Positions 48,618-58,964 of a stretch of 64,000 nt of DNA are shown in pieces (the first letter of the stretch is position 1; every line of letters starts with the position of its first letter). The notes beneath the pieces were generated by a model, which saw only the letters and a list, made by a program, of their open reading frames with translations, had not been told where the DNA came from and ran no database searches. A program made the position numbers and the translations under genes. Origin of the DNA: Alphaproteobacteria bacterium (GTDB taxonomy: Bacteria > Pseudomonadota > Alphaproteobacteria > GM7ARS4 > G965262615); NCBI GenBank assembly GCA_965262615.1, contig OZ253545.1:192001-256000 (forward strand). The letters are read 5' to 3'.

Positions 48618-49841
48618 TTATGATAGCATTTCGTCTCTCTCTCTTTCCCATTCTTTGAATGTTAATTTCCTGTAAGTGTGTTTTATACCTTCGGGCAACT
48701 GGGGTTTATCCTTAAAGTAATCATTGTCTGTGATGAAGACACAAGCATCAATTTGTTCTTGTGTTAAATTGTCTGCATTTGTGAAATTAGCGTTATTGAT
48801 AAGAGCTAATGTCAAATCAGTCTTTGTCAAATTAGCTCCCTCTAAATGAGTTTTCCGCAAACGAGCTCCCTCTAAATGGGTGTTGTGCAAACGAGCTCCC
48901 TCTAAATTAGCACCCCACAAATCGGCTCCCTCTAAATGAACGCCAAACAAACTAGCTCCCTCTAAATGAGCATAAAACAAATCAGCCCTCTCTAAATGAA
49001 CCCAATACAAACGAGCTCCCTCTAAATGAGCTTCACGCAAATCAATCTGATAGGACTTTGCCCCTGCCATACTTTTTTCACCCATATGCTCCAAAACCGC
49101 ATTGATGTCTGTTCGTTCTCCTGCTTTTTTATCCTTTTCTTTTGTGCCTTCTTCCCATTCATAAGAAGCTGGATGCTTAATGAATTGGGTGAAAGTGTCC
49201 ATGACCTTGTGATATTGCTCTTTGGGGTGTTCTTGAGCAAAATTCCACAAAGACTCAATCGCTGTCATACGCGTGCCTAAATCCGATGACCACAATTTTC
49301 CGTAAGCATCAGCAAACTGACTAAAGTACAATTGCTCTCGGCTGATGCGCGTTTGTTCCCGCATTTCCGCCATCCGCTTGATGAGAATGGGAAAGCCCAA
49401 TAATGCACCAATCAAAAGGGTGTGCTTTTCAATAAATTTGCTCACTGGATTATCCCATAAAGACAAGAAAGAAAATCCAATGAGCAAAGGAACAGAAACA
49501 CGAAAAAGGGCAAAAAAATCAAAATTGCGACCCCACCAATCGTTTTTATGTTTTTCTTCTTTTGTGAGGGCATACTTTATGTATTGTTTTCTTTTGTCAT
49601 TAAGAAATCTCGCTGCACCCAAAAACAAATCTTTGCATTTTTTCACAAAAGAGCCAATCGTCCGTTTTGCAAAGTCAAATATCTGTTTTGCAACATGATA
49701 GAAAAAGGCAATTAAAATGCCGATAAAGAAACGAAGAGCCATCGCAATGCCATACAATACGGCAAGAGCCGTGCAGATGATAATCAAAAGACCACTCACC
49801 AACGACAAAAAAACGATAACATCATTAAATGACGGCATCAT
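48618..49841 (-). CDS. Membrane-anchored pentapeptide-repeat protein
   Basis: N-terminal TMs, RNFDF, LLGFPILIKR, RMTAIESLW, xHLEG repeats; start overlaps the hisA stop. Confidence 0.88.
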   Translation of the reverse strand: MMPSFNDVIVFLSLVSGLLIIICTALAVLYGIAMALRFFIGILIAFFYHVAKQIFDFAKRTIGSFVKKCKDLFLGAARFLNDKRKQYIKYALTKEEKHKNDWWGRNFDFFALFRVSVPLLIGFSFLSLWDNPVSKFIEKHTLLIGALLGFPILIKRMAEMREQTRISREQLYFSQFADAYGKLWSSDLGTRMTAIESLWNFAQEHPKEQYHKVMDTFTQFIKHPASYEWEEGTKEKDKKAGERTDINAVLEHMGEKSMAGAKSYQIDLREAHLEGARLYWVHLERADLFYAHLEGASLFGVHLEGADLWGANLEGARLHNTHLEGARLRKTHLEGANLTKTDLTLALINNANFTNADNLTQEQIDACVFITDNDYFKDKPQLPEGIKHTYRKLTFKEWERERDEMLS

Positions 49842-50571
49842 TCCCTCGCATCAGACGAAGTGCCGCCGAAACATCAAAATTGCCTTCATAATAGGCTCGC
49901 CCTACAATCAAGCCCGCGAGTAATGGCTCATCAGCCGACAACACCTTATTGACATCATCTAATGATGCAACGCCGCCGGAGACAATCACCTGAATGCCTG
50001 AGGCTCGTGCCAGCGACACTGAAGAGGACAAATTAATTCCTGTTTCCATGCCGTCGCGGTTAATATCGGTGTGAATGAAACACGCGGGCGGATGAGCTGT
50101 GTAGCGAGAGGCAATGTCCTCAATGGGCGTTTGCGTTTGCTTTTGCCAGCCGTGTGTTGCCACCTTGCCATCACGGGAGTCTAAGCCAATGGCGATTTGT
50201 TTTCCATAGGTTTTCAGCAATTGGCGCGTCAGTGCCTCGTCTTGCACCGCCACCGTTCCCAGCACCACGCGTGACACCCCTAATTTGAGCCAATACTCAA
50301 CATCAGCCTCACTTCGAACACCACCCCCCAGCTGAACATTGATATCAATCTCTTCCACAATCTCACCAATCACATCGCCATTCACTCGTTGCCCTTGTGC
50401 CGCGCCGTCCAAATCCACCACATGAAGCCACGAGCATCCCAAAGACGCGAACACGCGCGCCTGCTCAACGGGGGACTCATGATAGCGAGTCTCGCGATCA
50501 AACGCCCCGCGCGTCAGCCGCACCACGCGACCGAATTTGATGTCTATAGCTGGATACAAATTAATTGTCAT
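49825..50571 (-). CDS. hisA: ProFAR isomerase
   Basis: LYPAIDI..G.VVRL..G, LHVVDLDGA, QLGGGVR, TDINRDG. Confidence 0.96.
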   Translation of the reverse strand: MTINLYPAIDIKFGRVVRLTRGAFDRETRYHESPVEQARVFASLGCSWLHVVDLDGAAQGQRVNGDVIGEIVEEIDINVQLGGGVRSEADVEYWLKLGVSRVVLGTVAVQDEALTRQLLKTYGKQIAIGLDSRDGKVATHGWQKQTQTPIEDIASRYTAHPPACFIHTDINRDGMETGINLSSSVSLARASGIQVIVSGGVASLDDVNKVLSADEPLLAGLIVGRAYYEGNFDVSAALRLMRGNDAVI

Positions 50572-50575
50572 GGCA

Positions 50576-52363
50576 TCATTCGGCGAATATCTTTTTGTTG
50601 TATTCATCAAGAATTGCGCGCATTTGATTCGTTCCGCGTGCCTCCTCGGTGATTCGGCTGACCATGCGGCGGGCATCGTGGGTGTCAATGCGGCGAATGC
50701 AATCCTTGACTCGCGGCACGGCGAGCGGCGACATGGACAACTCATGAATGCCCAAACCCACGAGCAACGCACTGTAGTCTGGATTGCCCGCCATCTCGCC
50801 ACACACCGCCACCGATAAACCATGATTCCAACCGGCATCCCCCGCTTTGCGAATCATCTGCAACAGGGCAGGGTGCAACGGATTATACAAAGATGCCACC
50901 TCTTGGTCGCCTCGGTCAATCGCCAATGTATACATGGTCAAATCGTTCGTGCCGATGGATAAAAAATCACAATCATTCACCAAATAATCCACCGCCATCG
51001 CCGCCGCAGGAACTTCAATCATCGCGCCCACAGGAGGCAACTTGGACGGCAGACTAACCCCACGCCGCTGCAAACGCTTTGCCGCACCGCGTAAAATCTC
51101 ACGAGCCGCATGAATCTCCTCCAGACTTGAGATCATCGGCAGCAAAATGCGCACCTCGCCCTCTAGGGAGGCGCGCAAAATCGCACAAAACTGATCCTCC
51201 AATAACTGCGGAAACTTCAAAGAAAAACGAATCGCCCGCAAGCCCAACGCAGGATTCTCCGCCTTCTTCAACTGCTTCACCAACGAATTGGATAACTTCT
51301 CACCCCCCACATCCAGCGTGCGAATGGTCACCGGCTTGCCACTCAGCTGTTTGATGATGGAAGTGAAAAAACGAGTCTGCTCCTCTTCATCGGGAATGTC
51401 CTCACGATTCATGTATAAAAACTCACTGCGTAACAACCCCACGCCCTCCGCACCATTGCTCAAAACGGCATCACACTCCTTTTCCGTCTCAATGTTGGCA
51501 AGCAAATTAATCAATGTGCCATCCTTCGTGCGCGCCAATTGATCGCGCAACAACGACAATCGCCGATTTTCCGCCAAAAACGCCTGCTGCTCTTTTGTAT
51601 AGGCACGCAATGTCGCCTTGCTGGGATTGACGATAATTCTGCCGCGCTTGCCATCCACAATCACCGTCTCGCCCGTGCGCACATGCTGCGTGATGTCCTT
51701 CGCCCCCAACACCGAAGGAATGCCCATGGCTCGGGTCACAATCGCCGTGTGACTCTCGGGACCGCCGTAATTGGTGGCAACGCCAATCACATAGTCTGGA
51801 TTGAGCGAAATGGCATCGGCGGGAGTCATTTCATCGGCAATGATGATGGCGTTTTTATCGTGCGTGACCGAAACCGACTGTGCCTGTCGTGTGAAAAAAA
51901 CCATCAGGCGTTTGCCGATTTCTCTGATATCCTCCGCACGAGCAGCCAGATGCTTATCCTTCATGGAAGCAAAGGTCGCCGCGACGGCTCGCACCTCTTC
52001 GGCAACGGCATATTCCACATTCACCAATTCCTTGCGAATGCGATTTTCCACATTGCGGGTGAAAGTCGCTCCCTCGTCCAAAATTCGCAGATGGACTTCA
52101 AAGAGCAATTCCATGTCCTCTGCCATCTCATCGGAAAACTGTGCGGCTCGCCGTTGGGATCGCCGCACCGCCGCCCGAGCCTGATTGATGGCTTCCTCAA
52201 GCCGACTGATCTCACTGCCAATGCGTGTTGCGGGAATGGTGTATTTGATAATCTCCGAACCATCACTCTCGCGCACATGAGCCTGACCAATCGCCACACC
52301 CGATGCAACCCCCAATCCCTGAAGAATACGCTCGCTTTTAGTCTGCCGCTGGTGCTCCGTCAT
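50576..52363 (-). CDS. ptsI: PTS enzyme I
   Basis: SHTAI phospho-His, GVGLLRSEFL, NPALGLRAIR, SIGTNDL, VCGEMA; no GAF domain. Confidence 0.95.
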   Translation of the reverse strand: MTEHQRQTKSERILQGLGVASGVAIGQAHVRESDGSEIIKYTIPATRIGSEISRLEEAINQARAAVRRSQRRAAQFSDEMAEDMELLFEVHLRILDEGATFTRNVENRIRKELVNVEYAVAEEVRAVAATFASMKDKHLAARAEDIREIGKRLMVFFTRQAQSVSVTHDKNAIIIADEMTPADAISLNPDYVIGVATNYGGPESHTAIVTRAMGIPSVLGAKDITQHVRTGETVIVDGKRGRIIVNPSKATLRAYTKEQQAFLAENRRLSLLRDQLARTKDGTLINLLANIETEKECDAVLSNGAEGVGLLRSEFLYMNREDIPDEEEQTRFFTSIIKQLSGKPVTIRTLDVGGEKLSNSLVKQLKKAENPALGLRAIRFSLKFPQLLEDQFCAILRASLEGEVRILLPMISSLEEIHAAREILRGAAKRLQRRGVSLPSKLPPVGAMIEVPAAAMAVDYLVNDCDFLSIGTNDLTMYTLAIDRGDQEVASLYNPLHPALLQMIRKAGDAGWNHGLSVAVCGEMAGNPDYSALLVGLGIHELSMSPLAVPRVKDCIRRIDTHDARRMVSRITEEARGTNQMRAILDEYNKKIFAE

Positions 52364-52644
52364 GATTCTTCGTCAAAACAACGCTGATTGAGGAGTTCAT
52401 CCAATGCCTTGAGTACCGCCTCAGCATCATCTCCCTGTGCGGTCACAATGATGCGCGCCCCTTGTGATGCCGCCAGCATCATCAGCCCCAAGACCGATCT
52501 GCCATCAACCTCCAGCTCCCCACAACACACGCGCACCGAAGACTCAAAAGACGCAAGAACCTGCACAAAGCGAGCCGCCGCACGAGCATGCAAACCCAAC
52601 CTATTGGGAATGATAAACTCTTTGCTGGCGGCGGCATCACTCAT
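52360..52644 (-). CDS. ptsH: HPr/NPr phosphocarrier
   Basis: GLHARAAA, DGRSVLGLMMLAA. Confidence 0.93.
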   Translation of the reverse strand: MSDAAASKEFIIPNRLGLHARAAARFVQVLASFESSVRVCCGELEVDGRSVLGLMMLAASQGARIIVTAQGDDAEAVLKALDELLNQRCFDEES

Positions 52645-52669
52645 GGTTTTCCTTATGGCAATTTTATGG

Positions 52670-53059
52670 TTAAGAGTCATTTGCGCGTTGCATATATTTT
52701 TGTCCATCACCCACGGCTCGGCGCACCGTCTCATGCAAATCACACGACTGGCGCAAGAGCATCAATTGAATGAGCAGCGGCACATTCACGCCGCCAATGA
52801 GTTCCGTCTTGGTTTCATGACACACCAATCGTGCGGCATTAAAAGGCGAATTGCCATATAATTCGGTGCAAATAATGACCCCCTGAGGCACCCGCACCGC
52901 CGCCACCGCTTTCATAATTTCATTCTTCGTCTCCTGCAGCGATGGATTGTCCGCCACACCAATGGTAATCAAATGCTCCTGCTTGCCCAGAACATGCTCC
53001 ACCGCTCGCGCCATCTCACGGGCCAGCTGACCATGAGCCACAACCACAATGCCAATCAT
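52670..53059 (-). CDS. PTS EIIA mannose-family component
   Basis: MIGIVVVAHG.LA, G.SPFN, GVNVPLL. Confidence 0.9.
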   Translation of the reverse strand: MIGIVVVAHGQLAREMARAVEHVLGKQEHLITIGVADNPSLQETKNEIMKAVAAVRVPQGVIICTELYGNSPFNAARLVCHETKTELIGGVNVPLLIQLMLLRQSCDLHETVRRAVGDGQKYMQRANDS

Positions 53060-53520
53060 GATGTCGCCTCCGATGCACAATGATATGTGTCATCCACAGG
53101 CGCATGGCTCAATGCACAGAGCACTGATGCCGCCGCCGACACCGCCCATCCATAAAGATGACACTGGGGAACATCCACCCCCATCATTGAGAACAGGCGC
53201 GTGTCTGGCAGACGCTGTGCCGCCGCCAGTGGCTTGTTCTGCAATTGAACCACCAAATTCACTCTCGCCTTCTCCACCCAACCATGCTCAATGACTCCCC
53301 ATCCGCGCAGTTCAAATAATCCTCGCCCCTGAGGCAACGGCGATGCCCACAAGCCGCCCGCTCTCTTGATGATGCTCACACAATCATCTGCCACCAACTG
53401 CGCCCCGAGACTCATCAGCCGCAACGCCAAATCCGACTTGCCAACGCCAGATTCTCCACACAGCAAAATCCCGCTGCCCTCATAGCAAACGCATGTGCCA
53501 TGAATCACCGTCATTGTCAT
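53056..53520 (-). CDS. hprK: Short HPr kinase/phosphatase
   Basis: HGTCV, GESGVGKSDLAL, LVADD, G.FELRGWG. Confidence 0.88.
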   Translation of the reverse strand: MTMTVIHGTCVCYEGSGILLCGESGVGKSDLALRLMSLGAQLVADDCVSIIKRAGGLWASPLPQGRGLFELRGWGVIEHGWVEKARVNLVVQLQNKPLAAAQRLPDTRLFSMMGVDVPQCHLYGWAVSAAASVLCALSHAPVDDTYHCASEATS

Positions 53521-53526
53521 CCTTTC

Positions 53527-55266
53527 TTAGCGAAACAATCCAAACAGCTTATCCTTGATGGATAATTCACGAGCCTGCTGCTTCGCACCGGCACGCTGAT
53601 ACCTTCTGGACGAGCGATTTTTGTCACGCCCGCCCCTGTTGCCTCTGTGACGCTGTGACGAACGATTGTTATGATGAGAGCGTTGCTGACGGCGCTGAGA
53701 ACGATGATCCGCCGCACCATAATCTCGATCCCTCTCATCAGAAACGCCCTTGAACTCGCCAAAAGTATAAAAATCCAAAGCAATCCCATGAGACTCATAA
53801 ATGGGAATGATCTCAATCTCCACCTCATAGTGATTTTCAATACGGCGCAAATCGCGCCTTGCTTCATTGAGAATGCTCAAGGCAATCTCAGGACGCACCG
53901 ACAGCGTAATCTTGCGCTCCCCCGTATCGTCCCCTTTCTTTTGCATCTTGATGGCTTCACTCTCCAGCCGTCTGACGATGTGAGCGCTCATGATTCCTTT
54001 TGCCCGCACCATTCCCCTGCCGTCACAATGAGGACAGCGATCCGCCGTCAAGTCGAAAAAACTCGGACGCAAACGCTGGCGAGACAATTCCAACAAGCCA
54101 AAAGTCGTGATGCGATTCACCTGAACCCGAGCGCGACTTTGTAACAACAACTCCCGCACCCGCGACTCCACACGAGCACGATGCTGAGAACTCTCCATAT
54201 CAATAAAATCAATCACGATAATGCCCGCAATTTCACACAAAATGACCCTGCGGGCAATTTCATCAGCCGCCTCAAGATTAATTTGCAAGGCGGTCTGTTC
54301 AATGTTGCTCTGCTGAGTCGCCCGTCCCGAATTCACATCAATCACCGTCAGAGCCTCCGTGGGCTGAATCACGATATGACCGCCACTGGGCAAATCACAT
54401 TTAGGTTCATACAAACCAATCAATTCATCCTCAATGCCATAGCGACTGAACAAACCGCCGCCCGTGCTGGAATCGTAATAATTCACCTTGTTCTCATGTC
54501 CTGGTGCAAAAAGGCGCAACCAATCCTTGACCTCTTCAAGACAATCTTCATCATCCACCAAAATTTCATCCATGTCATCATCGTACATGTCGCGAATGGC
54601 TTGCATAATGATTTTGGAATCCTCGTAGAGAAAAAGGGGCGCCTCGCCTCCTTGGGTTGCATTTCTGATGGATTCCCACAGCTTGAGCAATGCCTTGAAA
54701 TCTTGCAAAAGCTGAGCCTTATCTTGTTTTTCCGCCGATGTGCGAACAATAAGAGACATGCCTTCCGGCAATGGCATATCGTCTAAAATTTCCTGCAAGC
54801 GCGTCCTCTCCGCGTGATTGCTAATCTTGCGAGAGACACCACCGCCGCGCATACTATTGGGCATTAAAATACAATAGCGTCCTGCCAGCGTGATGCGGGT
54901 GCTCAAGGATGCTCCCTTGCGCGATCCTGGCCACTCCTTATTGACCTGCACCATCACCAACTGCCCCTCGCTGATGACATCCTGAATCCCATGAGAGGAG
55001 CCATCCGCATTCGCCTGCTTTGACGAACGGTAATAGTCCGGATGAATCTCCGAAAAAGGTAAAAAACCCTGACGCTCCGCTCCGTAACTGACAAATGCCG
55101 CCTGCAGACCGGGCTCCACCCGAGCAACCTTGCCTAAATAAACATTACCAATGGAAACATTTCGGTCATTATAGGATATCTGAAAACCGTCCAAGCGGCT
55201 GTCGTGAATGGTGGCGATGCGCGTCTCGCGCGAATCGTGAGCGTTGACAAGCATTTTTCGTGTCAT
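53527..55266 (-). CDS. rne: Ribonuclease E/G
   Basis: GNVYLGKVARVEPGLQAAFV, IDVNSG, IDFIDM, CPHCDG zinc link, Arg-rich tail. Confidence 0.93.
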   Translation of the reverse strand: MTRKMLVNAHDSRETRIATIHDSRLDGFQISYNDRNVSIGNVYLGKVARVEPGLQAAFVSYGAERQGFLPFSEIHPDYYRSSKQANADGSSHGIQDVISEGQLVMVQVNKEWPGSRKGASLSTRITLAGRYCILMPNSMRGGGVSRKISNHAERTRLQEILDDMPLPEGMSLIVRTSAEKQDKAQLLQDFKALLKLWESIRNATQGGEAPLFLYEDSKIIMQAIRDMYDDDMDEILVDDEDCLEEVKDWLRLFAPGHENKVNYYDSSTGGGLFSRYGIEDELIGLYEPKCDLPSGGHIVIQPTEALTVIDVNSGRATQQSNIEQTALQINLEAADEIARRVILCEIAGIIVIDFIDMESSQHRARVESRVRELLLQSRARVQVNRITTFGLLELSRQRLRPSFFDLTADRCPHCDGRGMVRAKGIMSAHIVRRLESEAIKMQKKGDDTGERKITLSVRPEIALSILNEARRDLRRIENHYEVEIEIIPIYESHGIALDFYTFGEFKGVSDERDRDYGAADHRSQRRQQRSHHNNRSSQRHRGNRGGRDKNRSSRRYQRAGAKQQARELSIKDKLFGLFR

Positions 55267-55391
55267 AATTGGCCATCTCCCTTAGATGTCTGTCGCGCCA
55301 CAGGGGCGCATCTCCCCTTGAGGCAGTATTCGTGATCAGTGAAAAGCGCACGCCGAAAATACAAAGCGACCTCATCCGCCGCTCCCCCGCT

Positions 55392-56014
55392 TCATAACAA
55401 TGAAAGAATGGCACGCGCACGAAATCCCAATTGTTGCTTAAGAAACACAGGTTCCTCACATATGTAAGGCGTAAGACGATTGCGTTCATCAAAAACTCGT
55501 ACATTCCATTCCATTTCCGCCTGCACAGCCAGATAGCGTTCATCCGTAGAGCCCACTCCCTGGCGGCGCAACGCACGCATATCCGATGCCTTCTCCGACG
55601 TTCGTTCCGCAACCTTATCCTGCCGAGCCACAAAACGCAAGATTGATTTCAACTGAGATTGGTACAATTCCAAAACGGAACTGTACATCGCCGCAAATAA
55701 ATCCAAAAGAGCATCCGAGCGAGATGAACTGGGAACGCTCTTGGCAAAAGTGGCAATCAATTCTTGCGTATCCTCTTGGGTGAGAGTCATGTCATCAAAT
55801 AAAATCCGCAAAACTTCATTGTCGCGATTGCTCACATAGGGAGACTCCCACCAGCTGTCAAGGCGCGCCGCCACATCAGGACCCTGCCACACAGTGGGCA
55901 ACGATATGTTGGGATTATAAACCTGATCACAAGGCCAGCCCTGAGGCGTTGCCGACAGAACATCATCAGAAAGCAAGATGCCTCCAAGAGCCAGCGTCCA
56001 TGCAATGGTCATCA
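55392..56014 (-). CDS. Secreted helical protein associated with PQQ/lanthanide ABC clusters
   Basis: Signal peptide, WPCDQ motif, C-terminal W..RVF.ER...Y.CE.P; last gene of the cluster. Confidence 0.6.
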
Positions 56015-56022
56015 TTTTTCTT

Positions 56023-56448
56023 CTAACGCACATGAATCATTCCTTTCATTCCACGAGATTCCAGACCCTCCAGCACAAAAGGATACATGCCAGGGCGAAT
56101 GGGAACAAACACCATCTCAACCTCCGTCTCCTCATGGCTCTCTTCTATTGAAATGGAGCGCACCGAGCCCACCGCCAATGACACATCCTCCACCTCAACA
56201 GAGCGAATCCAAATGTTGGCAAAAAACTCAGGGGCAACAAAGCGATATTCCTTGAAACCCTGAGACTCAAACTCAAACTCATAGGCTTTGCCGGTCTCCA
56301 AGGATATTTTCTTCGGCTCAAGATGATAATCACTCTCATCAGAGCCCAATTCAATCTCAATGGACTGTGCGCCAGCACTCAGATTGCCTTTGGCATAAGA
56401 TGGCACACTTGTCATAAAGAGCAAAGCAATCGTCAAAAAAATAGCCAT
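56023..56448 (-). CDS. Cupredoxin-fold periplasmic protein lacking type-1 copper ligands
   Basis: Signal peptide; LETGKAY, APEFF, FVPIRPG.Y.F....GMKG.I.V; no Cys or His in the ligand loop. Confidence 0.7.
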   Translation of the reverse strand: MAIFLTIALLFMTSVPSYAKGNLSAGAQSIEIELGSDESDYHLEPKKISLETGKAYEFEFESQGFKEYRFVAPEFFANIWIRSVEVEDVSLAVGSVRSISIEESHEETEVEMVFVPIRPGMYPFVLEGLESRGMKGMIHVR

Positions 56449-56461
56449 ATCAACCCCCTGT

Positions 56462-57259
56462 TCAACCTCCTGTACGGCGCGCCATGATGCCACGCGCGGG
56501 ATTATATCCATAGATGGCGAGAATAAGGAACAAGGTCAAGGCAGTCATCAACCAAACAAACGCATCGCCGTTAAACGAGCCATACAAGGCAAAGCGAATG
56601 AACTCCACCGCATGGGTGAACGGATTGAGCAAACACGCCACAGGCAACCATGTGCTGGCTTCTTCAATCTTCCAAAGGGGATACAGTGCCGTTGAGGCAA
56701 AAAACATGGGAAAAATCACAAAATTCATCACGCCTGCAAAATTCTCCAACTGCTTAATGGTGGAGGATAAGAACATTCCCAGCGCGCCCAACATCAATCC
56801 AGACAGAAACAAAGCCGGCAGCAGCGTCACATATCCGATCAGAGGCGGCGTGATGTCCCAAAAATAGGCGATGGCGAGAAAACTATAGACCTGCACCACC
56901 GACACGCATGTCCCCGCCAGCAGGCGAGAAAACAACAAAAACCAGCGCGGCAGGGGGCTCATCAACAAAATACGCATGCTGCCCATCTCGCGGTCGTACA
57001 CCATGGAGAGGGAATTTTGCATACCATTGAATAATTGAATCATGGCAATCAATCCGGGGGCAATATAAATCTCATAGGTGATGTATGTCTCATAGGGCTC
57101 AATGATGGATACGCCCAGCACAGAGCGAAATCCTGCGGCAAAAACGGCAAGCCACACCAACGGGCGCACCAAGGCGGAGAAAAATCGCTCCCGCTGATGA
57201 AAAAACCGCAGCCCCTCACGGCGCACAATGCCCTGCAAACAATAAAAATAATCCATCAT
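56462..57259 (-). CDS. ABC permease, PQQ alcohol-dehydrogenase-system type
   Basis: SALVRPLVWL, QLFNGMQ.SLSMVYDREMGSMR, QLENFAGVMNFVIFP. Confidence 0.9.
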   Translation of the reverse strand: MMDYFYCLQGIVRREGLRFFHQRERFFSALVRPLVWLAVFAAGFRSVLGVSIIEPYETYITYEIYIAPGLIAMIQLFNGMQNSLSMVYDREMGSMRILLMSPLPRWFLLFSRLLAGTCVSVVQVYSFLAIAYFWDITPPLIGYVTLLPALFLSGLMLGALGMFLSSTIKQLENFAGVMNFVIFPMFFASTALYPLWKIEEASTWLPVACLLNPFTHAVEFIRFALYGSFNGDAFVWLMTALTLFLILAIYGYNPARGIMARRTGG

Positions 57260-57984
57260 GCCTCTCCTTGCGTGGCATGGTCAAAAAGTCCTTTGACCTC
57301 TTGGCACTGATGCTGACGCAGTAAATCTTTGGTGAGTCCCGTCATTTTGATTTTGCCCTTATGAAGAATGACCAGATGGTCATCGGCAGCGACCTCATCA
57401 AAAAGGTGGGTCGCCCACAAGACCGACAATCCCTGCTGGCGACACAACTGATGAATGTGGTCGGTGATGATACGGCGACTTTCCATATCCAGTCCGACGG
57501 TGGGTTCATCCAATAACAAAAAACGCGGCTGATGCAAAAGGGCGCGCGCAATCTCCACCCGACGGCGTTGTCCGCCCGAGAGATGGCGAATTTTTTTGTG
57601 AGACACATCCGACAATCCAATGCGCGCCAGTTCAACCTCCATGCGCTGAGTGATGCGCGACCGATTCATGCCATGCAGCGCACCGTGATAGTGAAGATTT
57701 TGCTCAATGGAGAGGTCTAAATCTAAACTGGGCAATTGAAACACCACCCCCATCGCCGCCAATGCCGCACGCGCATGAGCATGCAGATCATGACCGAACA
57801 AATGAATTGTTCCCGATTGATTCATAAACAAGCGCGTCATCAGGGAAAACAAAGTGGTCTTGCCGGCACCATTGAGCCCCAACAGAGCGACAAACTGCCC
57901 CTTCTCAATGGTGAGATGAATATCATGAAGTGCCCGCAGTGTGCCGAAATCATGATGCACTGCACGAATTTCCAGCGCGCTCAT
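57256..57984 (-). CDS. ABC ATP-binding protein
   Basis: GLNGAGKTT, LSGGQRRR, LLLDEPTVGLD, WATH. Confidence 0.92.
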   Translation of the reverse strand: MSALEIRAVHHDFGTLRALHDIHLTIEKGQFVALLGLNGAGKTTLFSLMTRLFMNQSGTIHLFGHDLHAHARAALAAMGVVFQLPSLDLDLSIEQNLHYHGALHGMNRSRITQRMEVELARIGLSDVSHKKIRHLSGGQRRRVEIARALLHQPRFLLLDEPTVGLDMESRRIITDHIHQLCRQQGLSVLWATHLFDEVAADDHLVILHKGKIKMTGLTKDLLRQHQCQEVKGLFDHATQGEA

Positions 57985-58952
57985 CCCTTCACCACGACAC
58001 CCCACGGAAAGCGTCCCACGCGAATGGATTTAAGCACCTTCAAACTTTCAACATCAATGACCGAAACATCATTGCTGACACCATTGGTGCTAAACAGGCG
58101 CGTTTGCGTCTTGTTAAAAGCAAGCTGCCACACTCGCTGTCCCACCAGCAAATACGACAAAACCTCCTTGCTCTGCTGGTCAATGACGGCGATGCGATTG
58201 GCGGGACCCAGAGCAACAAAGGCATAGCGTCCATCATCGGTGAGGCGCACGCCCACAGGCTGAATGGCTTCATCATTGACGCCTTTAATCTCAAAACGAA
58301 TCACATGGGTGATGCTATAATCGGTGGGATCAATCACCGACACCGTGCCCCCCACCTCCGATGACACCCATACTTCCGTGCCCTCCTTATTATAAATGGA
58401 GACGCGCGGACGAGCATCCACAAGCACATTTTCCACAATCTCCAAATCCGCCGTGTCAATAAAATGCGCCATGTTGGTGGTCTCAGAAGTATTGACCAAC
58501 ATGTCCCCAGACGGATGCATGCCCATGCCTTCGGGCTCTACCCCCACAGGAATTTCATCCAAAATCTCACGACTTTTCACATCCACCACCGTCACAAGAT
58601 TGTCATCCTCATTGGCAATAAACAATGTGCGTCCATCAGGATGCAAAATGAACAGTTCAGGATCGGGACCCGATGGCAAATAGCGGACAATTTCCAAACC
58701 TTCAGCATCGCGAATCTCCACGCGATCATCATCACTGGCACAGATATAGATTTGGGTCTCGTCTTGACTCAAAATGATGCCCCGAGGTCTTTGTCCCACA
58801 TCTTTGGTAAAAAGCACCTCCATGCTGTCACCATCCAGCACACTGACGGTGTTGTCCTTTTCATTGGTGACATACACACGGCTCTCCGCCATTGCATTCG
58901 CACTCAATAAAAAGAGTACGGCTGCTACTGCTCTCCATCTCCAGTTAGTCAT
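57981..58952 (-). CDS. YVTN beta-propeller, PQQ-catabolism associated
   Basis: YVTNEKDN, GQRPRGI, GPDPE, GVEPEGM, NTSETTNM, VGRFPWG. Confidence 0.92.
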   Translation of the reverse strand: MTNWRWRAVAAVLFLLSANAMAESRVYVTNEKDNTVSVLDGDSMEVLFTKDVGQRPRGIILSQDETQIYICASDDDRVEIRDAEGLEIVRYLPSGPDPELFILHPDGRTLFIANEDDNLVTVVDVKSREILDEIPVGVEPEGMGMHPSGDMLVNTSETTNMAHFIDTADLEIVENVLVDARPRVSIYNKEGTEVWVSSEVGGTVSVIDPTDYSITHVIRFEIKGVNDEAIQPVGVRLTDDGRYAFVALGPANRIAVIDQQSKEVLSYLLVGQRVWQLAFNKTQTRLFSTNGVSNDVSVIDVESLKVLKSIRVGRFPWGVVVKG

Positions 58953-58964
58953 TGTGATGCCTCC

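Noticed and set aside
44500-49050. Diversity-generating retroelement acting on the pentapeptide repeats
   Set aside because: No reverse transcriptase or template/variable repeat pair in the window, and adenines in the scaffold codons are conserved.
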